DNA of 64,000 nucleotides from Candidatus Zixiibacteriota bacterium (lineage in GTDB: Bacteria > Zixibacteria > MSB-5A5 > UBA10806 > 4484-95), in contig JBBIRK010000001.1 of assembly GCA_037441845.1 (NCBI GenBank), positions 433,284 through 497,283 of the forward strand, written 5' to 3'. Shown piece by piece: positions 10,287-20,733 of the stretch (its first letter is position 1; the number at the start of each line of letters is the position of its first letter). The notes beneath the pieces were generated by a model, which was not told the DNA's origin, searched no databases, and saw only the letters and a program-made list of their open reading frames with translations. The position numbers were made by a program, and so were the translations under genes.

Positions 10287-10302
10287 TTGGCCATTAAGCC
10301 AA
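10287..10302. promoter_or_regulatory. Putative ArsR operator 2 (TTGG-N8-CCAA) upstream of arsP
   Basis: TTGGCCATTAAGCCAA; same geometry and trailing ATA as the site at 10677. Confidence 0.6.
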
Positions 10303-10321
10303 ATATATAACGAAAAAAAAA

Positions 10322-10645
10322 TCACTTGCCTATATCAGCCGACAAACGACGTGCGTTTGCCACCAACACATCCTCCACACAGCCGAAGAAATTCAGGATG
10401 CAGGGCACTCGCAGGCGATAGAACACCTGCAATCCTCGCTTCTCATCCTCCACTATCCCGGCATCCTTCAAAACCGAAAGATGCTTGGAAACAGTCGAGA
10501 TATCGGCGCCGATCATATCCCGCAATTCACATACGCACCGTTCGCCCCGGGACAGTTCATCCAAGATGAACAGTCTCGACGGATGCGCCATGGCTTTGAT
10601 TACCCGCGCCCGGGCTTGGTATTCTTGTTTCGTTCTTGCGTCCAT
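10322..10645 (-). CDS. arsR: ArsR/SmtB-family metalloregulator
   Basis: KAMAHPSRLFIL, ERCVCEL, STVSKHLSVLKDAGIV, VFYRLRVPC...FFGC. Confidence 0.93.
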   Translation of the reverse strand: MDARTKQEYQARARVIKAMAHPSRLFILDELSRGERCVCELRDMIGADISTVSKHLSVLKDAGIVEDEKRGLQVFYRLRVPCILNFFGCVEDVLVANARRLSADIGK

Positions 10646-10676
10646 ACTTTCCTTATGCCATTATCGGCTTTGCTGA

Positions 10677-10710
10677 TTGGCAAAATAACCAAATAGTTTT
10701 TAGGGGTCAA
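10677..10710 (-). promoter_or_regulatory. Sigma70 promoter (TTGACC-N17-TATTTT) overlapped by ArsR operator 1 (TTGG-N8-CCAA, 10677-10692)
   Basis: Read directly on the minus strand upstream of arsR; the inverted repeat covers the -10 element. Confidence 0.65.
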
Positions 10711-10971
10711 GACTTTTTTTAACGCTCACCAAAATCTCACTTACAGGCTATCTATCGCATTATAGTAATTAGACATAAGCGGTCGATATTGCTATCCTAC
10801 CGATTACAATCGGGCTTTTCGCTTGAATTTCTGATTGTCGGATTCAGCGGAAGTCGTTGGCAGACAGTCTAAATCGTACAAACAACGGCGCAAATTTCAT
10901 AATCGCCCTAAGAGGAGAATAAGGGATGTCCAACACTATTTATCCCCCGCCTATACGCCGATCACCGTGCC

Positions 10972-12231
10972 CTATCTGATCAGAACCATCTTTTTATATG
11001 CCGTCAGATCGCCCGCCCCGAGGTGATAAAAGTAAATGCCGCTCGAGGCCGGAGCGCCGAATCGATCGGTCCCATCCCAGGCAACCCGGTGACTGCCGGC
11101 AGGCTTGGTCTCGTCAACAAGCCGCCGGACAACGTTTCCGAGTATATCGACTATTTCGATTGTCACGTGTGACCGCTCGGCAAGGCTGTATTCGGCGATC
11201 GTCATTGAATTGAACGGATTCGGATAGTTTTGCGAAAGGAAGAAGCGATCCGGTTGGCGTGACGCATGATTATCGTCGATACCGTCTGCCACGAAACGCA
11301 AGATGTACAACCAGTCGATATTGGTTATAAAGACATTGTTACCTTCGACGAAAACGCTTGATGCGAATGAACCAAGGCTGAAAGAATCGGAAAATGCCGG
11401 AGCTGCAGGGTTTGAAATGTCAATAACCTGAAGGCTGAAATAATCGGCAACGTAGGCGTAATTCTGGCTCGCCGCAACATCATATGCGACACCAGGCGTA
11501 TCGTAGTTGCCGACAAGCGCGGGAGCGGTGGGGTTGGCTATACTTATAATTTGAACACCTTGATCCCGGTCAGCCAACAAGGCATAGTTTCCGGAAAGAC
11601 ATATTTCATCCGAATTACCGCTCGTATTGTATCCCCCCGCATAGACCGGATTCGCCGGATCGGACACGTTTATTACCACCAGCCCACGTTCAAAATCCGC
11701 AACGTATGCGTATTGCCCGGAGACGGAAATACCGGTCGCATACCCAAAAGTATCCCATGTGCCGACCCACGTGGGGTTTGACGGAGTGGAAACGTTTATG
11801 ATAATCAGGCCGAACAAACCATCCGCAACATAGGCGTAATTATTCGCCACAAAAACCGCTTCCGCCGTACCGGGCGTGTTATAGCTGCCGACAAGAACCG
11901 GGCTTGATAGATTGGTCACGTCTATAATCTGCAAACCAGAGTCGTAATCGGCGACATAAGCATAATTCCCAAGAACGAAGACCCCAAGCGCCCTGCCCGG
12001 AGTATCGCATCGGCCTACAAACATGGGTTCGGTAGGATCCGACACGTCCACTATCTCAAGGCCATAATCAAATTGAGCGATAAAGGCGTTACCGCCTATT
12101 ACCACGACATCCTTAGGGTTTCCCATCGGCGCATAGCTGCCTAGATACTCCACTTGGCCGAACAACGATGTTGCTTGGAAGATAATGCCCCAAAGCAAAA
12201 ATGCGATTGACGCAAAACGATACCTCAGCAT
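10972..12231 (-). CDS. Secreted LVIVD-repeat protein with C-terminal FlgD-Ig (NYPNPFN) domain
   Basis: Signal peptide; about 7 repeats of YAYVAD..GLQIIDVS.P..P..VG.Y.TPG; ends SQNYPNPFN...WDG...SGIYFY...KKMVLIR. ATG 12231 preferred. Confidence 0.85.
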   Translation of the reverse strand: MLRYRFASIAFLLWGIIFQATSLFGQVEYLGSYAPMGNPKDVVVIGGNAFIAQFDYGLEIVDVSDPTEPMFVGRCDTPGRALGVFVLGNYAYVADYDSGLQIIDVTNLSSPVLVGSYNTPGTAEAVFVANNYAYVADGLFGLIIINVSTPSNPTWVGTWDTFGYATGISVSGQYAYVADFERGLVVINVSDPANPVYAGGYNTSGNSDEICLSGNYALLADRDQGVQIISIANPTAPALVGNYDTPGVAYDVAASQNYAYVADYFSLQVIDISNPAAPAFSDSFSLGSFASSVFVEGNNVFITNIDWLYILRFVADGIDDNHASRQPDRFFLSQNYPNPFNSMTIAEYSLAERSHVTIEIVDILGNVVRRLVDETKPAGSHRVAWDGTDRFGAPASSGIYFYHLGAGDLTAYKKMVLIR

Positions 12232-12434
12232 TCGAACCACTCCATTCTCAATAAACCTCGCGATTTTCCATATCACCTGTATCGAAAAGCCATAACGATT
12301 CACGCAAATACTAAAATTGATAAATCGACCATGTCAAGCGGATTTGCGGCATGAAGCCAAACGGTCATCAGACCTAAAATCATCGCGCTTAGGCTCTGTG
12401 GGTGCGAAAAAGTCTTGCAGGGAAGTGGGGGTTC

Positions 12435-12971
12435 CTATGACTTGGTGAAATAAGTTCGGTGCTCGCCACCGCCTTGTGATTTTACCCATATTTTCAGGCC
12501 TCGGGATTTCGCTTTGTCGATCAGCGGCGCCGGTTCGAATGGCGTTATAAGTTCGTAAATATCGTTTCCGGCAAGCCTCTCCAAATCGCGGAGGACCACG
12601 CCGATAGGCTGCTCCCCCGACTCGATCATCGGTCTGGCGTCGAGCGTCTTCACGATACGACCTTCGGCAAACCACTCCGGCGGCTCTTTCGTCACAGGCG
12701 AATCGCTTAGGTGGTATTCAGTGAATTCGGGTTGACCCACCTCTCGGCGCAATCGCTGAATCAGCTCCATCACGGAAATTCCGCCGACCCGCGCCGCTTG
12801 GGCAAGGCTCGTTACTCTGGCGACCGTCTTTCGCAGAACCGGATTGCGCAGCTTTTTGAATGCGGGGGCGATTTCCACCAGCATGTCCTCGAGCTGTGGA
12901 AAATCTTTCAAGAGATCGGCGACTTTGGTCTGCGGAGTTATAAGCGGTTGGTTATCTCCCACAATGCTCAC
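12435..12971 (-). CDS. DUF1858 + DUF2249 domain protein
   Basis: ITPQTKVADLLKDFPQL...FKKLRNPVLRKTVAR (DUF1858), then LDARPMIESGEQP...ITPFEPAPLI (DUF2249-like). Confidence 0.75.
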   Translation of the reverse strand: MSIVGDNQPLITPQTKVADLLKDFPQLEDMLVEIAPAFKKLRNPVLRKTVARVTSLAQAARVGGISVMELIQRLRREVGQPEFTEYHLSDSPVTKEPPEWFAEGRIVKTLDARPMIESGEQPIGVVLRDLERLAGNDIYELITPFEPAPLIDKAKSRGLKIWVKSQGGGEHRTYFTKS

Positions 12972-14203
12972 TCCTCGGCATAGGAAAGCAATCTTTGTTC
13001 GCCGGTCAGCGACCGCTTTTCGGTCAAGTCTTGGCTAACCTCGAGAGTGCCCAGATATCTACCTTTTTCGTCCCTGAGAGCGAAATACTCGATATGAATG
13101 AACTTGCCCTTGAGATTTATCCAAAATGGCGCACGGCTCGCTTTACCGCTCTTGAAATCATCCAAAATCTTTTGCACGATATGCACGCTGGCCGGCGGAT
13201 GGCACATCTGCACTTTGCGACCGATTATCGCTCGATTGCGATCGAAAATCCTTTCTCGTCCCTGGGTGAAATAACGGACGGTGTCGTCGGCGTCCACAAA
13301 AGTCAGATCGAACGGGATAGTGTTGAGCAACACGCGCATTTCGGTCGGAGTCAAGCTGCCGCTGGGGAAATAGATCCGGTTTTCGCTTCTTTCTTCTTTA
13401 GCCTCCGTCACAGCCGCCTTTGGTTTCCATTCCGCTTCGGGATCGTATATGCAGAAACCGATCTCCGGACTCTGAACATAGATCGAGTACCACTCCTCCT
13501 CCGACAACTTGTCCAGACACATCGGAAAAAGGATTTCTTCTTCCTTGAAAATCATTTCCCTGATCGCGTCGGTGGCAGGTTGAAACACCATATCCACGAT
13601 TCCCTTGGCGTCACCGGCGTTTATCTGCGAAGAAACCTGAAGCACCTCGATCGCATTCTTCACCAACCCGCGGACTTCGTCGTCTTTCCCCCACATCACC
13701 GTCGGCGGCCCGGTTATCCCCTTTTTTTCCAGAAAAGGAAAAAGCAAGTTTTCCTTGCGGCTATAATGTTTTTCGATATCAGCCAATCTGCTGAATCGCA
13801 GTCGAAGTTGTCCGGCCAGTTCGGTGGCATCCGTCCGGTCATCGCTATTTCGGATATCCTCGAAAAGCTTTTCCGCCAGTGCGATCTCGCCGAGCAGGGC
13901 CGCATTTTCTTTCTTGAACGTATCCACCGGATGACCCGGCGGCACCTGTTTCCCTCCCGATGAATCGACTACTCCTTTCATCGCGGCGGAGTGAAGATCG
14001 CATAGTTTGAGTATCTCACCGGCCGGCATCCCCTGGGAAATCAACTCCTGTTCGACCTCGACAACCTCGTTATAGGGCACTCTTCCCAACAACTTCAACA
14101 GTTGCGGCTTGACTGATTCCGGCGCTTGGCCTTTATGAAGTTGCAGAATGAGGTGTTTGAGAACCCCTCTTCTGGCTTTCGCATTATCGATCAACTCGCT
14201 CAT
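12968..14203 (-). CDS. DUF438 / hemerythrin-like / PAS_10 protein
   Basis: EVEQELI..G...LCDLHS, GHPVDTFKKEN, HYSRKENLLFP, GPPTVMWGKDD, MIFKEEEILFP, IPFDLTFVD...RIFDRNRAIIGRKVQMCHPP. Confidence 0.85.
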   Translation of the reverse strand: MSELIDNAKARRGVLKHLILQLHKGQAPESVKPQLLKLLGRVPYNEVVEVEQELISQGMPAGEILKLCDLHSAAMKGVVDSSGGKQVPPGHPVDTFKKENAALLGEIALAEKLFEDIRNSDDRTDATELAGQLRLRFSRLADIEKHYSRKENLLFPFLEKKGITGPPTVMWGKDDEVRGLVKNAIEVLQVSSQINAGDAKGIVDMVFQPATDAIREMIFKEEEILFPMCLDKLSEEEWYSIYVQSPEIGFCIYDPEAEWKPKAAVTEAKEERSENRIYFPSGSLTPTEMRVLLNTIPFDLTFVDADDTVRYFTQGRERIFDRNRAIIGRKVQMCHPPASVHIVQKILDDFKSGKASRAPFWINLKGKFIHIEYFALRDEKGRYLGTLEVSQDLTEKRSLTGEQRLLSYAEE

Positions 14204-14574
14204 CGCACTCACCTTTTCAATGTTCTAATTTAATGCATAGGAATTTGGAATCAATACAAATAAGCACCGCTTTCGACGTTGCGAGGCCGCCACGCAGGAA
14301 ATCATCGAAACCATTCTATAATAATTCGCTTCAATATCGTCAAGCCCGAATGGCAACGGCGATAAATGGGCAGATTTATCGCTTTACGGCTTCCTCGTTC
14401 CCTGACGGAATTCAATGCAACCGTTCGCTGATCGGCGGAACCCCCGAGAAGATATTCGGGTTATAATTACATCATGAGAAAATTCGATTCAACCCGGGAT
14501 CGGGGCAATTACTAATATCATCGAATAGGGATATAGGCCGGCCGGAAATTCGGGGGATGATTTTGATTCATATC

Positions 14575-14599
14575 TTGACAACGTCTAATACTAAACGTT
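14575..14599 (+). promoter_or_regulatory. TTGACA -35 element followed by an imperfect palindrome CGTCTAATACTAAACG (putative Fur/PerR autoregulatory box)
   Basis: Degenerate copy of the perfect palindrome found upstream of katG. Confidence 0.6.
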
Positions 14600-14609
14600 T
14601 TTTAATAAC

Positions 14610-15008
14610 ATGAGAGATCCGATTTCGATTCTGCGGCAGTGCGGAATCCAGCCGACCCCGCAACGGATCGCCGTCGTGGATTACGTGCTGAAAAGCAAAA
14701 CCCATCCATCGGCCGATGACGTATTGAAATATGCGCGCAAGAAATGTCCCACCGTCTCGCGGGCGACCGTATATAACACGCTCAACCTGCTCGTCAAAAA
14801 AAGGCTCTTGGAAATGCAGACGATCAAGGAGGGCGCCGTGGTTTTCGATCCCAATATCGAAAGGCACCACCATTTCGTCGATTACGATACCGGCGAAATT
14901 TACGATATCCCCTGGGATCAGCTCGAAGTCAGGGGAAGAGAGAAGTTGAAGGATTTCGAAATTGATGAATTCCAGGTGATAATGAGGGGCAGAAAAAAGA
15001 GAAGATGA
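14610..15008 (+). CDS. Fur-family (PerR-like) transcriptional regulator
   Basis: TPQRIAV, HPSADDV, VSRATVYNTL, HHHF; directly upstream of katG. Confidence 0.9.
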   Translation: MRDPISILRQCGIQPTPQRIAVVDYVLKSKTHPSADDVLKYARKKCPTVSRATVYNTLNLLVKKRLLEMQTIKEGAVVFDPNIERHHHFVDYDTGEIYDIPWDQLEVRGREKLKDFEIDEFQVIMRGRKKRR

Positions 15009-15033
15009 TTTTTTTTATCCATCGGTGATATAA

Positions 15034-15049
15034 TGTCTAATATTAGACA
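15034..15049. promoter_or_regulatory. Perfect 16-bp palindrome TGTCTAATATTAGACA upstream of katG (putative repressor box)
   Basis: Seen directly, adjacent to a TATAAT at 15029-15034. Confidence 0.7.
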
Positions 15050-15142
15050 GATTCTCTTTGATACCGCCGACGCCGAGCGCCCATCCGCCAAGCTCATCCA
15101 ACCGGCCGGGCGGGTTTATGAGCATGATAGCAAACTCGATAA

Positions 15143-17374
<2,232 letters not shown>

Positions 17375-17395
17375 GTAATCTGTGTTAATCGAACT

Positions 17396-17426
17396 TTCAG
17401 GAGGTTGGCTCGGCCAACCTCCTGAA
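17396..17426. terminator. Perfect 14-bp stem-loop after katG
   Basis: TTCAGGAGGTTGGC-TCG-GCCAACCTCCTGAA; no clear U-tract. Confidence 0.5.
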
Positions 17427-17488
17427 GTCCTTGCGGAGAGATGGAGAGGTATTGCCATTCCCTTTATCAAATACCATTTCAAGGTCCT

Positions 17489-17936
17489 TATACTGCTCCC
17501 CGTTAGTTGACAGCGGGAATTAAGGGAGTATCTTGTGGCCGATTTCACAAAGGAGATCGGTCATGAAGAGACGGGTGTGGGGTTCGAAGACGGGCTTAAC
17601 CTGATGTCGGACAATGGCCCTCAACCAACTTCAGACCGATTCATGAAGACCTGTTCAGTGCTGGAGGTTCACCGGGCGTTTACCTGCTACAATAATGCCA
17701 GAGGTAATGCCCATGCGGAGCGCATGATGCGAACGCTGAAAGAGGAGCTTTTGCGGCTGCGGGAGTGGCGCGATCCCTACGAGGTGTCGATGGCTATTGG
17801 CGGTTGGATTGAAAAATACAACCAGAGTTACCTGCATTCGACCCGGGCATACAAAACGCCGAACGCTATGGAAGAAACCCATAACTTGGCCACGAGGACT
17901 CTCTTAAAAACAGCTTGCTGAGTAGGGAGCATTACA
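17489..17936 (+). mobile_element. Internally deleted IS3-family element with both terminal inverted repeats
   Basis: Left end TATACTGCTCCC and right end GGGAGCATTACA; TTGACA-N16-TATCTT promoter; SD plus an OrfA-like start (MKRRVWGSKT) joined directly to the C-terminal integrase core (LMSDNG...GNAHAERMMRTLKEE...YN...HS...YKTP). Confidence 0.8.
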
Positions 17937-18442
17937 CGATATCACAATTCCCTGATATTTCGGTGTCGCAAAAAGCCTGGGCACGGGAAGAAATTTACTG
18001 GTCGTTTCTGGCCTTGAACGTCTGCCTACCCGTATCAAAAGCATTGGGAAAGCAGAAAGCTCTTGATCTGTTCAAGGACAGCGGCGGTTATTTTGTCGGA
18101 GCCAAAACGTGGGTACCGTTTGAATCTCCGCATAAGAGCTTCATCCTCTATCTTTGCCGGGAACAGGCGAACCTGAGGGGCAACCAGGTTACCCTGGAGA
18201 AGCTAAATGATAACGAAGCTGTAATTAAACTGAATACTCATTTCTTCAGGGTGTACTTCACAGCCTCTCATCTTAGGCCCGTCATCTCTATTGAAGATAA
18301 TTGCGATATATTCGAGACAATATGGCAAGACCGCGCCTCGAGTGCAGGATGGAATCTGCAAATTACTTATACTGATTATACTGAAGACTACGTCGTAGAT
18401 TTTCACTTCAGCCGAAACAGAGCTTCATACGACAATCGATGA
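17937..18442 (+). pseudogene. 5'-truncated hypothetical gene fragment adjoining the IS end
   Basis: Open frame of about 168 codons with no start of its own outside the IS; protein-like composition; family not recognised. Confidence 0.45.
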
Positions 18443-18695
18443 TCACGATATCAGCTGTTGAAGATTGCACAGGAACGATGTACCGGCTCGACAAACAAAG
18501 CGGGGCCGACCTCACTCTCACCAAACTCCTGTGAGCTTTCTTTTTCCAATCCGGCTGCACTATGCCTTGATTGACGGAACGCGTAGGAAAACACTGCGAT
18601 GCGGCGACAAAGAGCTTGATATCGGCAGTCTTCTGCCTTAGTGGAAAGGGTAGATTGGCTCAATCCGCTCTGTTTTCAGACCATATGGAGCTCTG

Positions 18696-19964
18696 TTATT
18701 TCAGCAGCAGCATCTTCTTTGTCTGCACAACATCATCGGCTTGAAAACGATAGAAGTAGACGCCTGTCGAGACAGGTTTGTCAGCATCATCGCAACCATT
18801 CCACTCGATTTGGTAGGACCCGGCCGATTTCGACTCATTCACAAGCGATCGTACTCTCTGTCCGAGTATGTTGAAGATCTCAATCGATACTTGAGACCGT
18901 TTGGGCAAACTGTATTCGATCGTCGTCACCGGATTGAACGGGTTGGGACAATTCTGTGAGATGGAGAAATGGTGCGGCAGGAGAAAAGGAGCGTTTTTCA
19001 TCAACGTCGGTAGCAACGAATCGCAGGATTATCAACGAGTCTGCATCCGCAACATAAATATAATCGCCGGAAACTGAAACCCCCTTCGCGGGCAGGAAAG
19101 TGTCATAACTGCCGGCCGACGTTGGATCGGCGGGATTTGAAATATCAACTACCTGCAAACTGAAATAATCACCGACATACGCATAATTGCATAATTGCCA
19201 CTGACCACAACCCTGTAGGCCACCCCAGGAGTGTCGTAATTGCCTGCCAGAAGCGGATTGGCGGGGTTGGCTATGTTGATGATCTGAAGTCCTTGATCGC
19301 GATCTGCAAGAAAAGCATTGTTCCCCGAAAGACATACGTCGTCGGAATAACCGTCAGTATTGTATGCACCTGCAAATACAGGATTAGCGGGATCGGATAC
19401 GTTTATTATCACCAAGCCGCGCTCAAAATCCGCCACATAAGCATATTCCCCCGAAACAACGACGCCCGTCGCATACCCAAAAGTGTTCCAATTACCCACC
19501 CAAGTGGGATTGGAGGGATTGGAAACATTAAAAATCTCCAGGCCGAATAATCCATCCGCGACATGAGCAAGATTCCCTATTACAAAAACGGCCTCCGCCG
19601 TACCGGGTGTGTTGTAACCGCCGACACAAGACGGACTGGTGGGATTTTACACATTGATGATCTGGAAACCGGAGTCGTAGTCGGCGATATAAGCGTAATT
19701 GCCAAGCACGAAGACCCCGATTGCATCACCGGGTGTATCCCAGCCGCCGACTAATACAGGACCGGCCGGGAAAGATACGTCTACTATCTGCAGACCATAG
19801 TCGAAATCGGCGACATAGACAAGGTCATTTAGACTAAAGACATCGAAAGGACACCCCGGAGTATCAAGAATACCGACGTATTCCACTTGACCGAATAACG
19901 GTGCTGTAAATATCCCAATACTCAAAAGCAAAGATAATATTGGAAGAAGATAATTCCTGATCAT
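18696..19964 (-). pseudogene. Pseudogene paralog of the LVIVD/FlgD-Ig protein at 10972-12231
   Basis: In-frame TAA at 19647-19649, 8-bp tandem duplication at 19181-19196, extra A at 18994-18998. The pieces align with the intact copy (ADYDSG, YNTPGTAEAVFV, ADGLFGL, TFGYATG, ADFERGL, ADRDQG, YDTPGVAY). Confidence 0.9.
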
Positions 19965-20150
19965 ATGAACTCCCCTTGACATTGAGCTTTAGATCTTTTT
20001 ATCAGAACAACCCTCGAATGCCTATACACACTTGCAGAAATTATAGGATTCCTAACCAGCGATGTAAAGGAAATCTCAGAATCTATCTTGAGGAATGGAA
20101 CGAAGAGGAGGGTATACTGCGTAACTCTCAGCGCATGAACGGCTTATCTA

Positions 20151-20228
20151 TGGCGGGGCCGACGAGACTCGAACTCGCGGCCTCCTGCGTGACAGGCAGG
20201 CGTTCTAACCAAACTGAACTACGGCCCC
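20151..20228 (-). tRNA. tRNA-Asp (GTC)
   Basis: GGGGCCGTAGTTCAGTTTGGTTAGAACGCCTGCCTGTCACGCAGGAGGCCGCGAGTTCGAGTCTCGTCGGCCCCGCCA; cloverleaf, GTC anticodon, encoded CCA. Confidence 0.97.
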
Positions 20229-20283
20229 GTGCCTAAAAATCCGAATGGAAAAGAACTGTCAATCAACGCGAACGCACAACCAC

Positions 20284-20562
20284 CTATTCGGTTCCCGGTG
20301 ATGTCTCGCCGCCGGTTTTCTTCTTGCGTTCAGGATTCAGCAAAATACCCAGCGGCAGAAAAACACAATATCCGAGCACCAGCAATATCGGCGCGATGGT
20401 TATGGAACCGCCGGCCAAAAATATATAACCGAGAATTATCAATCCCAAACCCACAGCCAGCAGAATGTAATTCGGCTTGCCGAATCCAAGAGATTCACCG
20501 AGATGTTTCTTGACGCCGGCTGCCCCCACGGCTTTTTTCGCCGTCTTGCCTTTGCTTTCCAT
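20284..20562 (-). CDS. DUF3098-like small membrane protein
   Basis: FGKPNYILLAVGLGLIILGYIFL...TIAPILLVLGY; ATG 20562. Confidence 0.75.
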   Translation of the reverse strand: MESKGKTAKKAVGAAGVKKHLGESLGFGKPNYILLAVGLGLIILGYIFLAGGSITIAPILLVLGYCVFLPLGILLNPERKKKTGGETSPGTE

Positions 20563-20733
20563 CGTCACCCCACGATCCGCGCCTCCGGAATAGGCCGGTC
20601 GGTCGCTTTGATTATCAAAAGAAATTACCCAAATCGCTCCGAAAGTCAAGCCATTTTTGCCCTCGAGCCGCCCGATCGCCGATCTTATTCTTAATTCCTT
20701 GACCGATTAGATGCGGTTCCCGTAAATTTACCT

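Noticed and set aside
14245..14259. FNR/HcpR box upstream of DUF438
   Set aside because: TTG-N9-CAA spacing and poor half-sites do not fit the consensus.
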